Positions 43,713-52,794 of a stretch of 64,000 bases of DNA are shown one piece after another. Each line of letters opens with the position of its first letter. Position 1 is the stretch's first letter. The stretch is taken from positions 907-64,906 of the forward strand of contig JAIERK010000130.1 of the NCBI GenBank assembly GCA_019746975.1. Reading direction: 5' to 3'. Source of the DNA: Candidatus Obscuribacterales bacterium. Lineage in GTDB: Bacteria > Cyanobacteriota > Vampirovibrionia > Obscuribacterales > Obscuribacteraceae. Under the pieces are notes generated by a model. That model made no database searches and was not told where the DNA came from. It worked only from the letters and a program-made list of their open reading frames with translations. The translations under genes and the position numbers were made by a program.

Positions 43713-45380
43713 CTACTTTACCGAAAAACTCCCGGTGCTGCGTGTGCCCTGGAATGACCGCAAATGACAGCTGCTCAACTTCTCGAGCGCGGCTTTCATG
43801 CCCGTGAACTCTGGCTGCGACTGCATGTTATCTTCGCCCATGTATAAGAAATAAAACAGACCGAATGCATTGCTGTGAGTCCTGGTTTCACTCTTTCCGC
43901 CTTCAGGTTTGAAGTACTCATGGTAAACACTTGTATGAACAGCTTTGGACGGTAGGTTTTTGACGGTCTGGGGATAGTAGCCGACTGTAATAACTTGTCC
44001 GATTTTCACTCGCTTACTTGCGGGTTTTATCGTCCAGGTCGTCGGCATGTACGAGTTAAGCACCAGGATGAGCGGCTTGTCTTCGTTGTAAACGTTGACG
44101 TCTATCGCTCCCTCGCGCTCTTCCGTGTTATCTGGCTGATTGGGATTTTGTAATCCTTCGTAGACACTCAAAACTCTTAGATTGGCTCGATCTGATTTGA
44201 ACTCCGGATACTCGACAATGACCTCTTTGGACGGCAACGCCGTTTGTTGTCCTGATACCACTGGTAGTGCAGGCGGGATCGTCGGGTGAGGTGTAACATT
44301 AAGCAGGAGAACAAAAAATACTATGCCGATGAGAAGCGCGACTCCTCCGCCGATTACCATCAACATTAGACCAAGTTGTCTTCGATTCGAACTCTCGTCG
44401 ATAACCAGGACTTCTTCTTTTTCCGGTTTGTCTGCATGCTTCGCGAGCGTCGACGCGGGTACTGGTGCTCCTCCTAACGCGGCAACAAGCTCCTCCATCG
44501 ATTGAAAGCGACGTTCCGGCTCTTTCTCCAGACATTTGAGCACGATAGTCTGTAATCGCGTGAGCTGCGCATCCATTGGCAGGTCCGGCATTACTTCCGT
44601 GAAGGTGGGCGCTGGATCCTGGACGTGACCGTTCATCGTGGCGATGGCGCTCTGTCGCATAATGGGCGGAACTCCTGCCAGCATCTCGAATATCACGCAG
44701 CCGAGTTGATAGACATCGGTTCGACCATCTTGTAGTTTGCCTAGAATTTGCTCCGGCGCCATATAGAGAGGACTGCCAAATACCTCGCCTGTTTGCGTCA
44801 GCTTCATGATAGTTGTGGCGTCATCGCCGCCGATCAGTTTCGCCACGCCGAGGTCGACCACCTTTACAAAGTCTTTGGCGCTGGATTCAACGATAAGGAT
44901 GTTCGCGGGCTTCAAATCGCGGTGAATGATGTTATTTTCGTGGGCATGCGATAGTGCTTCCGCGATCTGGATAGCAATAGCTGTTGCCCTTTCCGGTGGA
45001 AGGAACACCTCTTGCTGTAGTAGTTGCGCGAGAGACTTGCTTTTAATGAATTCCATCACGAAATAAGGCGCGCCGAAATCGGTCGTTCCTACATCCATAA
45101 TGCTCGTCAGATTCGGATGAGAAAGTTTACTCATGGCCTTTACTTCGTGCCTGAATCTTCGAACTGTGCGTTCGTCGAGCATAAGTTGCTGGTGCATGAT
45201 TTTTACGGCGACAAGCTTTCCAAGATCGACATGGTTGGCCTGATACACCGCCCCCATGCCGCCCATTCCAAGCAGGCACTGAATTTCATAGCGTCCGTCA
45301 AGAGTCTTGCCGATTAACGGATCGACTATTTTCGTTTTTTCAAACGCCTTCGTTCCGTCTTGAAATTCGCCGTGGCTCAT
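43713..45380 (-). CDS. Hanks-type Ser/Thr protein kinase, single TM, extracytoplasmic C-terminal domain
   Basis: Kinase motifs are GMGGMGAVY...VAVKIM, HRDLKPANIL, a DLG variant of DFG (VVDLGVAK), and YMAPEQ. The TM segment is LMLMVIGGGVALLIGIVFFVLLL. About 190 aa of unknown C-terminal domain follow. Confidence 0.9.
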   Translation of the reverse strand: MSHGEFQDGTKAFEKTKIVDPLIGKTLDGRYEIQCLLGMGGMGAVYQANHVDLGKLVAVKIMHQQLMLDERTVRRFRHEVKAMSKLSHPNLTSIMDVGTTDFGAPYFVMEFIKSKSLAQLLQQEVFLPPERATAIAIQIAEALSHAHENNIIHRDLKPANILIVESSAKDFVKVVDLGVAKLIGGDDATTIMKLTQTGEVFGSPLYMAPEQILGKLQDGRTDVYQLGCVIFEMLAGVPPIMRQSAIATMNGHVQDPAPTFTEVMPDLPMDAQLTRLQTIVLKCLEKEPERRFQSMEELVAALGGAPVPASTLAKHADKPEKEEVLVIDESSNRRQLGLMLMVIGGGVALLIGIVFFVLLLNVTPHPTIPPALPVVSGQQTALPSKEVIVEYPEFKSDRANLRVLSVYEGLQNPNQPDNTEEREGAIDVNVYNEDKPLILVLNSYMPTTWTIKPASKRVKIGQVITVGYYPQTVKNLPSKAVHTSVYHEYFKPEGGKSETRTHSNAFGLFYFLYMGEDNMQSQPEFTGMKAALEKLSSCHLRSFQGTRSTGSFSVK

Positions 45381-45421
45381 TTTTTAAGTGTCGGTCGCCT
45401 AGTGTCATTCTAACCTAATTG

Positions 45422-46261
45422 TTAGTCTGCCACACCGACCAGAGCATCTTCTCTTGTAGGCTGATCCTGACTGCGTTTTTGTCTCATCGCTGCGTCTGTC
45501 GGTCTGATGACGTCGGTAGCTAGCCCTAGCTTTTCCATTATGCAGATCATGACGTAAGATGGATCGAATTCCCACCACATCATGCCGTGTCTGGCGCTGC
45601 GCGGGATTGCATGATGATTGTTGTGCCAACCTTCGCCGTGCGAGAGCAATGCAATGAACCAGACATTGCGGCTTTCGTCTCTGGTATCGAAGAGGCGGTA
45701 ACCGAATCGCTCGACGTGGCAGACCGCATTGACGAGCTGCGGACTCCAAAAGACGATAACGCTCGCTATCAGGTTGGCGAATAATGCTACGTATCCGAAC
45801 AGAAGTAGAATCAGGCAACGATAAAGGATATTGAAGGCCAAACAGAGATGTGCCTGCTCAATACAGTGGTCTATACCGAACCAGCACAAAATCTTGTCCT
45901 GGAGGAGGTCTGGAACCTGTTTGTGCAATTCTGATTGTGTCTGGCGCGCATCCATGGTGAACATCCACTCGTACAGTGAGTGTTTAAACCCGAATAAAGG
46001 TGAATGTGGATCCCCTTCGGTATCGGAGGTCTGGTGATGCAGTCTGTGAACGCCCACCCAGTTGACCGGTCCACCCATTAAATTGAGATAGCCGCCTGAG
46101 ACTAGCAGATAACGCAACCAGGCTGGCACCTTAAACGATTTGTGGGTGAGGAGCCGATGATAGCCAAGGGTTATTCCCATGCCCTGATAGCAAAAGAAAA
46201 AAAAGAACCAGGCGGCAAAAGTCAGCGTCAGAGACAAAACCGAACCATGTGCAAAATCCAA
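45422..46261 (-). CDS. acyl-CoA/acyl-lipid delta-9-type fatty acid desaturase
   Basis: Three histidine boxes are present: HRLLTH, HRLHHQ and GEGWHNNHH. Confidence 0.9.
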   Translation of the reverse strand: MDFAHGSVLSLTLTFAAWFFFFFCYQGMGITLGYHRLLTHKSFKVPAWLRYLLVSGGYLNLMGGPVNWVGVHRLHHQTSDTEGDPHSPLFGFKHSLYEWMFTMDARQTQSELHKQVPDLLQDKILCWFGIDHCIEQAHLCLAFNILYRCLILLLFGYVALFANLIASVIVFWSPQLVNAVCHVERFGYRLFDTRDESRNVWFIALLSHGEGWHNNHHAIPRSARHGMMWWEFDPSYVMICIMEKLGLATDVIRPTDAAMRQKRSQDQPTREDALVGVAD

Positions 46262-46576
46262 AGTCGGGGGCCTCCGAGACGAGCTGATTCCTGTTCTTGA
46301 AGTGGTTCCAAGCCTTCAAGTTATAACACGTCCGATCGTCGAATAGCTTTCTGTTTAGTAATAAACGGTACATGTTAAGGTGATTGGGTATGGGAAACGT
46401 TGCCCCTGTGGCTGTTTTGAAGCTATGCTTCGGCGCTCGTATCAATGCTATCGGCCGTTTGAATTAAGCCTTTGGGCGCGGGTTACAATTACGGCGAGGC
46501 AATTGTGACGATTTCGCAATGCTGCCGAGCGGCGACGTTTTTATCGAGCGACGAAAAAAACTGGTGGTGATACCGC

Positions 46577-47698
46577 ATGAGGTACCATAAGCGGCTTATT
46601 GGGATAACTCTGTCTGGGCTTTTTGTCCTGGGCCTTCCGTCATCTGGCTTCACGATGCCGAAGGAGTTAGTCCCCCCACCCCGTGCCGTTTTGACCAATC
46701 AATATCTGGCCCTGACCGACACCGGTAAGCTTGAGACTACCCAGAGCGAATCGATAGCAGAAGAGAAGGTCGATCTGGCTCGACTGGTCCGTGACGGCGT
46801 CCGGAGACCTAAGATCGGACTGGCCCTTGGCGGAGGTGGAACTCGTGGTGCCGCTCATGTTGGCGTTCTTCGGGTTCTCGAGAAAGAGGGTATTCCGGTT
46901 GACTGCGTGGCCGGCACCAGCATTGGTGCAATCGTTGGCGGCTTGTATTGCGCCGGCGTGAAGCTCGACGATATTGAAAACATGGTCGCCAGAAAAACGC
47001 TAATGAAAGCCTATTACACCGTTCCGATCTGGTTTCGCGTCGCGCTGGTCCCGGTTTTTCTCGTTCCGCATGCATTGGGACATCATCACTATGACGGTCT
47101 ATACCGGGGCAACAAATTTGCTTCTTTCGTCAATAAGTCCGCTGGTGTCGATAATCATCAGATCGAGAAATTTAGAATTCCTTTCTGTGCAGTTGCTGCA
47201 AGTTTGATGGATGGAAATGCACACGCAATAAAGTCTGGTGATTTAGGAAAAGCACTCCAGGCAAGTTCGGCGATACCAGTTCTTCGAAGGCCCGTCGAAA
47301 TTGAGAACAATCTCTATGTCGACGGCGGTATCATCAACAACCTTCCTGTCGAACAAGTGAGAGCGATGGGTGCAGACATAGTGATTGCAGTAGATGTCGA
47401 CGAGCGTCTAAACGACAACGATCTTAACGAGTTCAAGAAAATCGGAAGCGTCTATAACAGGGTCGTGAGCATGATCTTGTCGAGAGTGGATCGCGATCAG
47501 GTCACGAGTGCCGACGTTTTGATTCGCCCAGATGTCAATGGGATAAGACTATTGTCAACGAAAGAGTCCGATGCTTATCGCGCTATTGAAGCCGGTGAGA
47601 AGGCGACTAAAGAAATGATGTCCCAACTGCGGCAGGAAATTCTGGCGCGTTCGAGTGACCTTCCAGATGAGGTAGAACGCAGTGGTGCTGCAAAGTGA
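46577..47698 (+). CDS. patatin-like phospholipase (RssA-like), with N-terminal signal/anchor
   Basis: Motifs are GLALGGGGTRGAAHVGVL (oxyanion G-G-G-x-R/K-G), GTSIG (GxSxG) and YVDGG (catalytic Asp). Confidence 0.85.
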   Translation: MRYHKRLIGITLSGLFVLGLPSSGFTMPKELVPPPRAVLTNQYLALTDTGKLETTQSESIAEEKVDLARLVRDGVRRPKIGLALGGGGTRGAAHVGVLRVLEKEGIPVDCVAGTSIGAIVGGLYCAGVKLDDIENMVARKTLMKAYYTVPIWFRVALVPVFLVPHALGHHHYDGLYRGNKFASFVNKSAGVDNHQIEKFRIPFCAVAASLMDGNAHAIKSGDLGKALQASSAIPVLRRPVEIENNLYVDGGIINNLPVEQVRAMGADIVIAVDVDERLNDNDLNEFKKIGSVYNRVVSMILSRVDRDQVTSADVLIRPDVNGIRLLSTKESDAYRAIEAGEKATKEMMSQLRQEILARSSDLPDEVERSGAAK

Positions 47699-47938
47699 AG
47701 CGGCGCTAATGAAATGCAAAATTCCACGAAAATTCTACGATTCACTGTGCGAAGCTGCAGTTGTGGTGCTCATTGATCCGCTGTTGCTGCGTTTGGAATG
47801 GGAATCCTCCCACAAGATTGCAGTAATTTAGCTTGATTTGCTTGGGCGCTCAGCATACAGTTGGGACAGCCTAATCCGAGTCCTAAACTACATCTTAGGA
47901 TATTGCAGTAATCAAATTTTTGGCGTTGGCGGTAATAA

Positions 47939-48529
47939 ATGCGAATAGTAATCACTGGCGGCCCTTCAGTTGGAAAAACAACTATCATTACGCTGCTTGA
48001 GGTCATGGGTCATCGTGTGGTTCACGAGATTGCAACCAAGATCATCAAAGAAGGAAAGTATCTTCCCTGGGTTGATCGCGTAAGATTTCAATCTGAAGTG
48101 CTTCGCAGGCAGCTCGCCGCAGAGGCTTCAATACTTGATTTCGATGTGCCGATTTTTTTGGATCGCGGCGCGTTCGATGGCGAAGCTTACTTTATTCACG
48201 ACAAATTACCTGTGCCCCCTGCCTTTTCAACGATCGATCCGACTCAGTATGATCTTGCCTTTCTTATCGAAGAACTCAGCTTCTTCGACGCCAACGAAGT
48301 CAGGCGTGAGAATCTGGAGTTCACCAAAGAGCTCGGACAGATAATAGAACAATGTTATTCGAGCCGCAATATAAAGGTGGTTCGAGTTCCGGCAATGTTG
48401 CCACATGCACGCGTCGATTTTATAGTTAAGCATGTGAAAGAATATGCCAAGAATCGCGTAACAACACCTGAACAGGCGGCCTTGATGTTCAAGTCAATGA
48501 CACCATCAATGACGCCGATCACGCGCTGA
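47939..48529 (+). CDS. AAA_28 / NadR-like P-loop ATPase
   Basis: It has the P-loop MRIVITGGPSVGKTT and FLDRG (Walker B-like). Size is about 195 aa. Confidence 0.65.
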   Translation: MRIVITGGPSVGKTTIITLLEVMGHRVVHEIATKIIKEGKYLPWVDRVRFQSEVLRRQLAAEASILDFDVPIFLDRGAFDGEAYFIHDKLPVPPAFSTIDPTQYDLAFLIEELSFFDANEVRRENLEFTKELGQIIEQCYSSRNIKVVRVPAMLPHARVDFIVKHVKEYAKNRVTTPEQAALMFKSMTPSMTPITR

Positions 48530-48548
48530 CTATCCCCAGACATTCGAA

Positions 48549-50264
48549 ATGCACAAAGTTTTTCTCAAAAGACTGCTATTATTCAGCATGCTTTTGGCAA
48601 TCTCAGGTGCTTATCAACCAGCCATGTCTTACGGCGATGAAAAAGCTGATTTGATTCTTACTAACGCGGCTATCTACACTATGAACGCTAGCCGTTCTTG
48701 GGCGAGGACGCTAGTCCTCAAAGGTGAAAAAATTGTATTTGTTGGCACCGAGGACGGTGCCTCATCTTTTCGTGGAGAGAAAACCAGAACGATCGATTTG
48801 AAAGGTCGCATGGTTTTGCCTGGTTTGCACGATAGTCATGTCCATCTCATCGATGGTGGCGTAGATCTTTCGAAGTGCGGTCTGTTGGACTGCAAGACGA
48901 AGGAGGCTGTATTGTCCAAAATCAAAGACTATGTGGCAAGTCATCCGGACAAGAATTGGATTCGTGGTGGTGGTTGGAGCCTGCCTGTTTTCAAAGACGG
49001 CAATCCGCAGAGCCACGATCTTGATCGCTTTTGTGGCACCAAGCCTGCTTTCTTCGAATCGCAGGATTATCATTCCGGTTGGGCAAACAGCAAGGCTCTC
49101 GAACTGGCTGGTATTTCCAAAGATACTCCCGATCCGGATGGCGGGCGTATAGAGCGCGATAAAAGCGGGCGACCATCAGGAACGCTGCGCGAATCAGCTA
49201 TGAAGTTGGTGTCGAATATAATACCGGAGCGTCAGCCAGAGGAATATGTACAGGGTCTTGAACGAGCGCAAAAACTGGCTAATAGTTATGGAATTACTTC
49301 CATTCAGGACGCCTGGACCAATGACAATCTGTTGAGAACCTATCAGCTTTATGACGAAAGCGGCAAGCTCAACGTCAAGGTCACATGCGCTCCTGAAATC
49401 AAGGCGGAAAATGCGGATCAGCAAATCGACGAACTGCTTTTAAAACGAACCAAGTTTTCAGGAAAGCGGGTTCGCGTCACATCAGCCAAGCTCTTTGCAG
49501 ACGGTGTTATCGAGGCCTGCACTGCGGCTTTGTTGTCACCGTATCATGGACACGATGGTGACAGCGGCAAGCTTCTTTTCGAACCCGAGAAAATCAAAGA
49601 AGTTGTTCAGCGCCTTGCAAAAGAAGGTGTTCAAGTTCACATTCACGCCATTGGCGATCGTGCAGTAAGAGTCAGTCTTGATGCATTTCAAAACGCGCTG
49701 GAAAAAGAAGGGGCATCGGATCTCCGGCACCACATTGCTCATCTTGAAATGGTGGATCGATCCGACATTCCGCGTTTTCGTCAGCTGTCGGTCAGTCCAA
49801 ACGTGCAAGCTTTCTGGGCGCAGCAAGACCCCTACATCAAGGAGCTTACAGAGCCATATCTTGGCAAGGAGCGTTCTAAGACGCTTTATCCCATTGGCGA
49901 TCTCGCGGCATCAGGGGCGGTACTAGTAGCCGGCAGCGATTGGCCTGTTACGACTCTCAATCCTTTCGACGCGATTGAAGTTGCTGTCCGCCGTCGCGAA
50001 CTCGGCAACACCAAAGTCCCGGCTTGGTTGCCGGACCAGCTGGTAGACCTCTCGACGATGCTTGCCGCCTATACGATCAACGGTGCATACATCCAGCATC
50101 AGGACGATAGAACAGGCAGTCTGGAGGCTGGAAAAGCGGCCGATTTTATCGTATTGGATCAAAACTTGTTCGAGATTCCGACTGAGAAAATTCACGACAC
50201 AAAAGTGCTCTGGACCGTTGTAGACGGCGTCGAGGTGTATCGTAATGATTCCTTCGCGTTGTGA
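48549..50264 (+). CDS. secreted metal-dependent amidohydrolase (amidohydrolase_3 / YtcJ-like)
   Basis: It has a signal-like N-terminus, the HxH site (LPGLHDSHVHLIDGG), HIHAIGDRAV, and GSDWPV near the C-terminus. Confidence 0.8.
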   Translation: MHKVFLKRLLLFSMLLAISGAYQPAMSYGDEKADLILTNAAIYTMNASRSWARTLVLKGEKIVFVGTEDGASSFRGEKTRTIDLKGRMVLPGLHDSHVHLIDGGVDLSKCGLLDCKTKEAVLSKIKDYVASHPDKNWIRGGGWSLPVFKDGNPQSHDLDRFCGTKPAFFESQDYHSGWANSKALELAGISKDTPDPDGGRIERDKSGRPSGTLRESAMKLVSNIIPERQPEEYVQGLERAQKLANSYGITSIQDAWTNDNLLRTYQLYDESGKLNVKVTCAPEIKAENADQQIDELLLKRTKFSGKRVRVTSAKLFADGVIEACTAALLSPYHGHDGDSGKLLFEPEKIKEVVQRLAKEGVQVHIHAIGDRAVRVSLDAFQNALEKEGASDLRHHIAHLEMVDRSDIPRFRQLSVSPNVQAFWAQQDPYIKELTEPYLGKERSKTLYPIGDLAASGAVLVAGSDWPVTTLNPFDAIEVAVRRRELGNTKVPAWLPDQLVDLSTMLAAYTINGAYIQHQDDRTGSLEAGKAADFIVLDQNLFEIPTEKIHDTKVLWTVVDGVEVYRNDSFAL

Positions 50265-50318
50265 TGGCGAGTAAACTGGGAATATATCGTTAGTGGCTCT
50301 CGGTTGGTGGGCAAATGT

Positions 50319-50534
50319 ATGATTAAGGCGCGCATACAGGGGTTTGAGCTGATGGCTTGGTTGGTCGTCGCCGGGTTGGTCATCTCGGCACAGCCCGCCC
50401 ACGCCTACATCGATCCGGGAACAGGTAGTTTCCTCTTCCAACTCTTGATTGGTACCGGCCTTGCTATGCTGGCTACCGTGCGCGTGTGGTGGGGAAAAGT
50501 GGTATCCTTAGTCAAACCCAAGCCCAAGTCCTAG
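50319..50534 (+). CDS. micro-protein: signal peptide - YIDPGTGS motif - TM helix - WW - KPKPK tail (paralog 1)
   Basis: The ORF is open from the TTG at 50304; the ATG at 50319 follows GGTGGG. The sequence is MIKARIQGFELMAWLVVAGLVISAQPAHA / YIDPGTGSFLFQLLIGTGLAMLATVRVWWGKVVSLVKPKPKS. It ends 4 nt before the methyltransferase ATG. Confidence 0.55.
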   Translation: MIKARIQGFELMAWLVVAGLVISAQPAHAYIDPGTGSFLFQLLIGTGLAMLATVRVWWGKVVSLVKPKPKS

Positions 50535-50538
50535 GCGA

Positions 50539-51927
50539 ATGCCCAACATGCAGTCAATTCAACAATCATCCTTTCGCGATCCAAGTGGGTTTGTTTTTAC
50601 CAAGGATGGTGTTGTCCTCCGTCAGGTCAACGAGAGTTATCGCCATAATTACGACTTACTCCTCGGGTCGGGTCTCTATGCCTCGCTGACTGCAAAACAT
50701 TTACTGCTGCAACACGAAGAGATTGAAAGCCTTCGGGCGCCCTCGTGGAGTGAGTCCTGCTACAAGATCCTTCGTCCCGAGCAGATTCCCTTCATCTCTT
50801 ATCCTTACGAATGGTGCTTCAGTCAACTGAAGGACGCTGCATTATTGACTCTTGCTCTTCAGCGGTCCGCCCTTGAATTCGGAATGGTGCTCAAGGATGC
50901 CAGCGCGTTCAATATCCAGTTTTTCAAAGGAAAGCCGCTCTTGATCGATACCCTGTCCTTCGAAACATATGTGGAAGGCACGCCCTGGGTGGCTTACCGA
51001 CAGTTCTGCCAGCACTTTCTTGCGCCGCTTGCCCTGATGGCGTATACCGACAGTCGCCTTAATCAGTTGACTCAAAACTACATTGACGGAGTGCCGCTGG
51101 ACCTGGCCGCCAATCTTCTTCCGAAGAAGGCCATGCTCGATCTCGGCGTGCTGACACATGTATTCATGCAATCGAAGTTTCAGAAAAAATATGCGAAGCA
51201 GGATGCCTCCCCCAACATTGCTGAGCTAAGACTTAGTAGGGATGCGCTTCTCGGGATAGTCGATAGCCTGGAAAGCACAGTTAAATCGCTGCGATTGAAG
51301 GATTACGATAGTTTTTGGCGAAGTTACTACAAGGAACACAACTATTCTGATACGGCTTTCTCGGCAAAGCGTGAGGCAGTGTCGCGGTTCTTGACTGTTT
51401 TAGAGCCGAAAAGACTTGTCGATCTCGGTGCAAATAATGGCGAGTTGAGTCGCCTTGCGTCACAACGAGGCTGCTTGACTGTCGCGACGGATATGGACGG
51501 CATGACAGTGGAAGCGAATTACCTCAAAGCCAAGACGAACAATGAGGAGAGTTTGCTTCCGCTAGTCGTCGACCTTTCGGCTCCAGCACCGAGTATTGGC
51601 TGGGCCAATCGCGAAAGATTATCGTTTTCGGAACGCGCGTCGTTCGATACGGCTATGGCACTTGCGTTGATACATCACCTGGCAATCGGTAACAACGTCC
51701 CTCTCGAGTCTATTGCTACCTACATGAGCCAGATTGCAAATAGCCTTATAATCGAGTTCGTGCCGAAATCAGACCCTCAAGTGATCGAGCTTTTGCAAGG
51801 GCGCCAGGATGTTTTTCCCGACTACAACGAGTCGACCTTCGAACAGGCATTTCAGCGCCGCTTCGTAATCGACCAGAAGGTGGCGGTCGCGGATAGCCAG
51901 CGCAGCCTCTATCTCATGAGAAAATAA
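50539..51927 (+). CDS. class I SAM-dependent methyltransferase with a ~270 aa N-terminal extension
   Basis: The Rossmann motif I region is RLVDLGANNGELS, with an acidic motif II (TVATDMD) and ALALIHHLAIGNNVP. The N-terminal domain (SFRDPSGFVFTKDGVVLRQV...) has no function known to me. Confidence 0.75.
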   Translation: MPNMQSIQQSSFRDPSGFVFTKDGVVLRQVNESYRHNYDLLLGSGLYASLTAKHLLLQHEEIESLRAPSWSESCYKILRPEQIPFISYPYEWCFSQLKDAALLTLALQRSALEFGMVLKDASAFNIQFFKGKPLLIDTLSFETYVEGTPWVAYRQFCQHFLAPLALMAYTDSRLNQLTQNYIDGVPLDLAANLLPKKAMLDLGVLTHVFMQSKFQKKYAKQDASPNIAELRLSRDALLGIVDSLESTVKSLRLKDYDSFWRSYYKEHNYSDTAFSAKREAVSRFLTVLEPKRLVDLGANNGELSRLASQRGCLTVATDMDGMTVEANYLKAKTNNEESLLPLVVDLSAPAPSIGWANRERLSFSERASFDTAMALALIHHLAIGNNVPLESIATYMSQIANSLIIEFVPKSDPQVIELLQGRQDVFPDYNESTFEQAFQRRFVIDQKVAVADSQRSLYLMRK

Positions 51928-52035
51928 AGCAACCAGTTCACAATCGGACACTATTTGAATGGCTGCCCTAATTAGTGGGCATAACCAGTTTATGTGTAAG
52001 CAACTTACTAGCCAACCCAAACAGGACAAGCTCGA

Positions 52036-52272
52036 ATGAAACCAGTCTCCTTCCTGTTCCAATTTTTGTTCATTATCTTCGCGTGGGGCGTGGTATGCGA
52101 ATCGCCCGCCGAAGCTTACTTGGATCCGAGCACTGGAGCCTTCCTGTTTCATTGCATCAGCGCAGCCATCCTTGGGGCGCTCATCACATTGAGATTGTGG
52201 TGGACTAGATTGCTAATGTTCTTCAAAGCAAAACCGAAAGCCGAGAGCAACCCGCCAGTCACCAACGAATAG
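52036..52272 (+). CDS. micro-protein: signal peptide - YLDPSTGA motif - TM helix - WW - KAKPK tail (paralog 2)
   Basis: MKPVSFLFQFLFIIFAWGVVCESPAEA / YLDPSTGAFLFHCISAAILGALITLRLWWTRLLMFFKAKPKAESNPPVTNE. The architecture is colinear with the ORF at 50319-50534. Confidence 0.55.
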   Translation: MKPVSFLFQFLFIIFAWGVVCESPAEAYLDPSTGAFLFHCISAAILGALITLRLWWTRLLMFFKAKPKAESNPPVTNE

Positions 52273-52381
52273 ATCACCTGTTTGGCAGGCCCACAGGCTG
52301 CAATGGTGCGTCGACGGAGCTTCTTTTAAGGCGAATATGCTTGAAGTGAGTTTGCTTCAGATGAAGGCGAGTTTTAGCCCG

Positions 52382-52409
52382 CTTCGGACGGAGTTGCCTC
52401 TGACCCAAT
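52382..52409 (+). repeat. copy B of the 28-nt intergenic element, within five ~15-nt-periodic units
   Basis: The units read cttcggacggagttgc / ctctgacccaattac / ttctgactgaattac / ttcggacaaatttcc / tcggaccgccatcc. 23 of 28 nt are identical to 42489-42516. Confidence 0.5.
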
Positions 52410-52474
52410 TACTTCTGACTGAATTACTTCGGACAAATTTCCTCGGACCGCCATCCAACTAATGCAGCAGAACA

Positions 52475-52591
52475 ATGCCTTTAAATAAAGGCATGGAAAA
52501 ATGCCTAAAAATATACTTTTCAAGGCATAAACAGCCGAATTGTATCCTTGAAAGCATAAATTTCAGCCTAAAAATATGCGCTTAAAGGCAT
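52475..52591 (+). promoter_or_regulatory. AT-rich array of three ATGCCT...AAGGCAT inverted repeats upstream of the Ser/Thr kinase gene; candidate operator array
   Basis: The three units are: 52475-52494 atgccttt-aaat-aaaggcat (8-bp arms); 52501-52528 atgcct-N16-aggcat; and 52564-52591 cagcct-N-aaaggcat. The direct repeat gcctaaaaatat occurs at 52503 and 52567. Six further GCAT cores lie between 52614 and 52675. Confidence 0.3.
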
Positions 52592-52794
52592 AATCAAAAT
52601 GACCTTTGATTTTGCATTTTTCGTGTCGTGCATTTGCTGGTATCAGCATGGCATCCCTGGCATTTCTCATTGCATTTTCACCGTTGAAATTCAGTTTCGC
52701 TAGTCAGCAAGCCGGTTTTGCGGGGAAAACCCGGTATCGAGATCCAATTGGCAAATGATTCAATTGACTTAGGTCGCCGATTGGAGTTTTTGAT

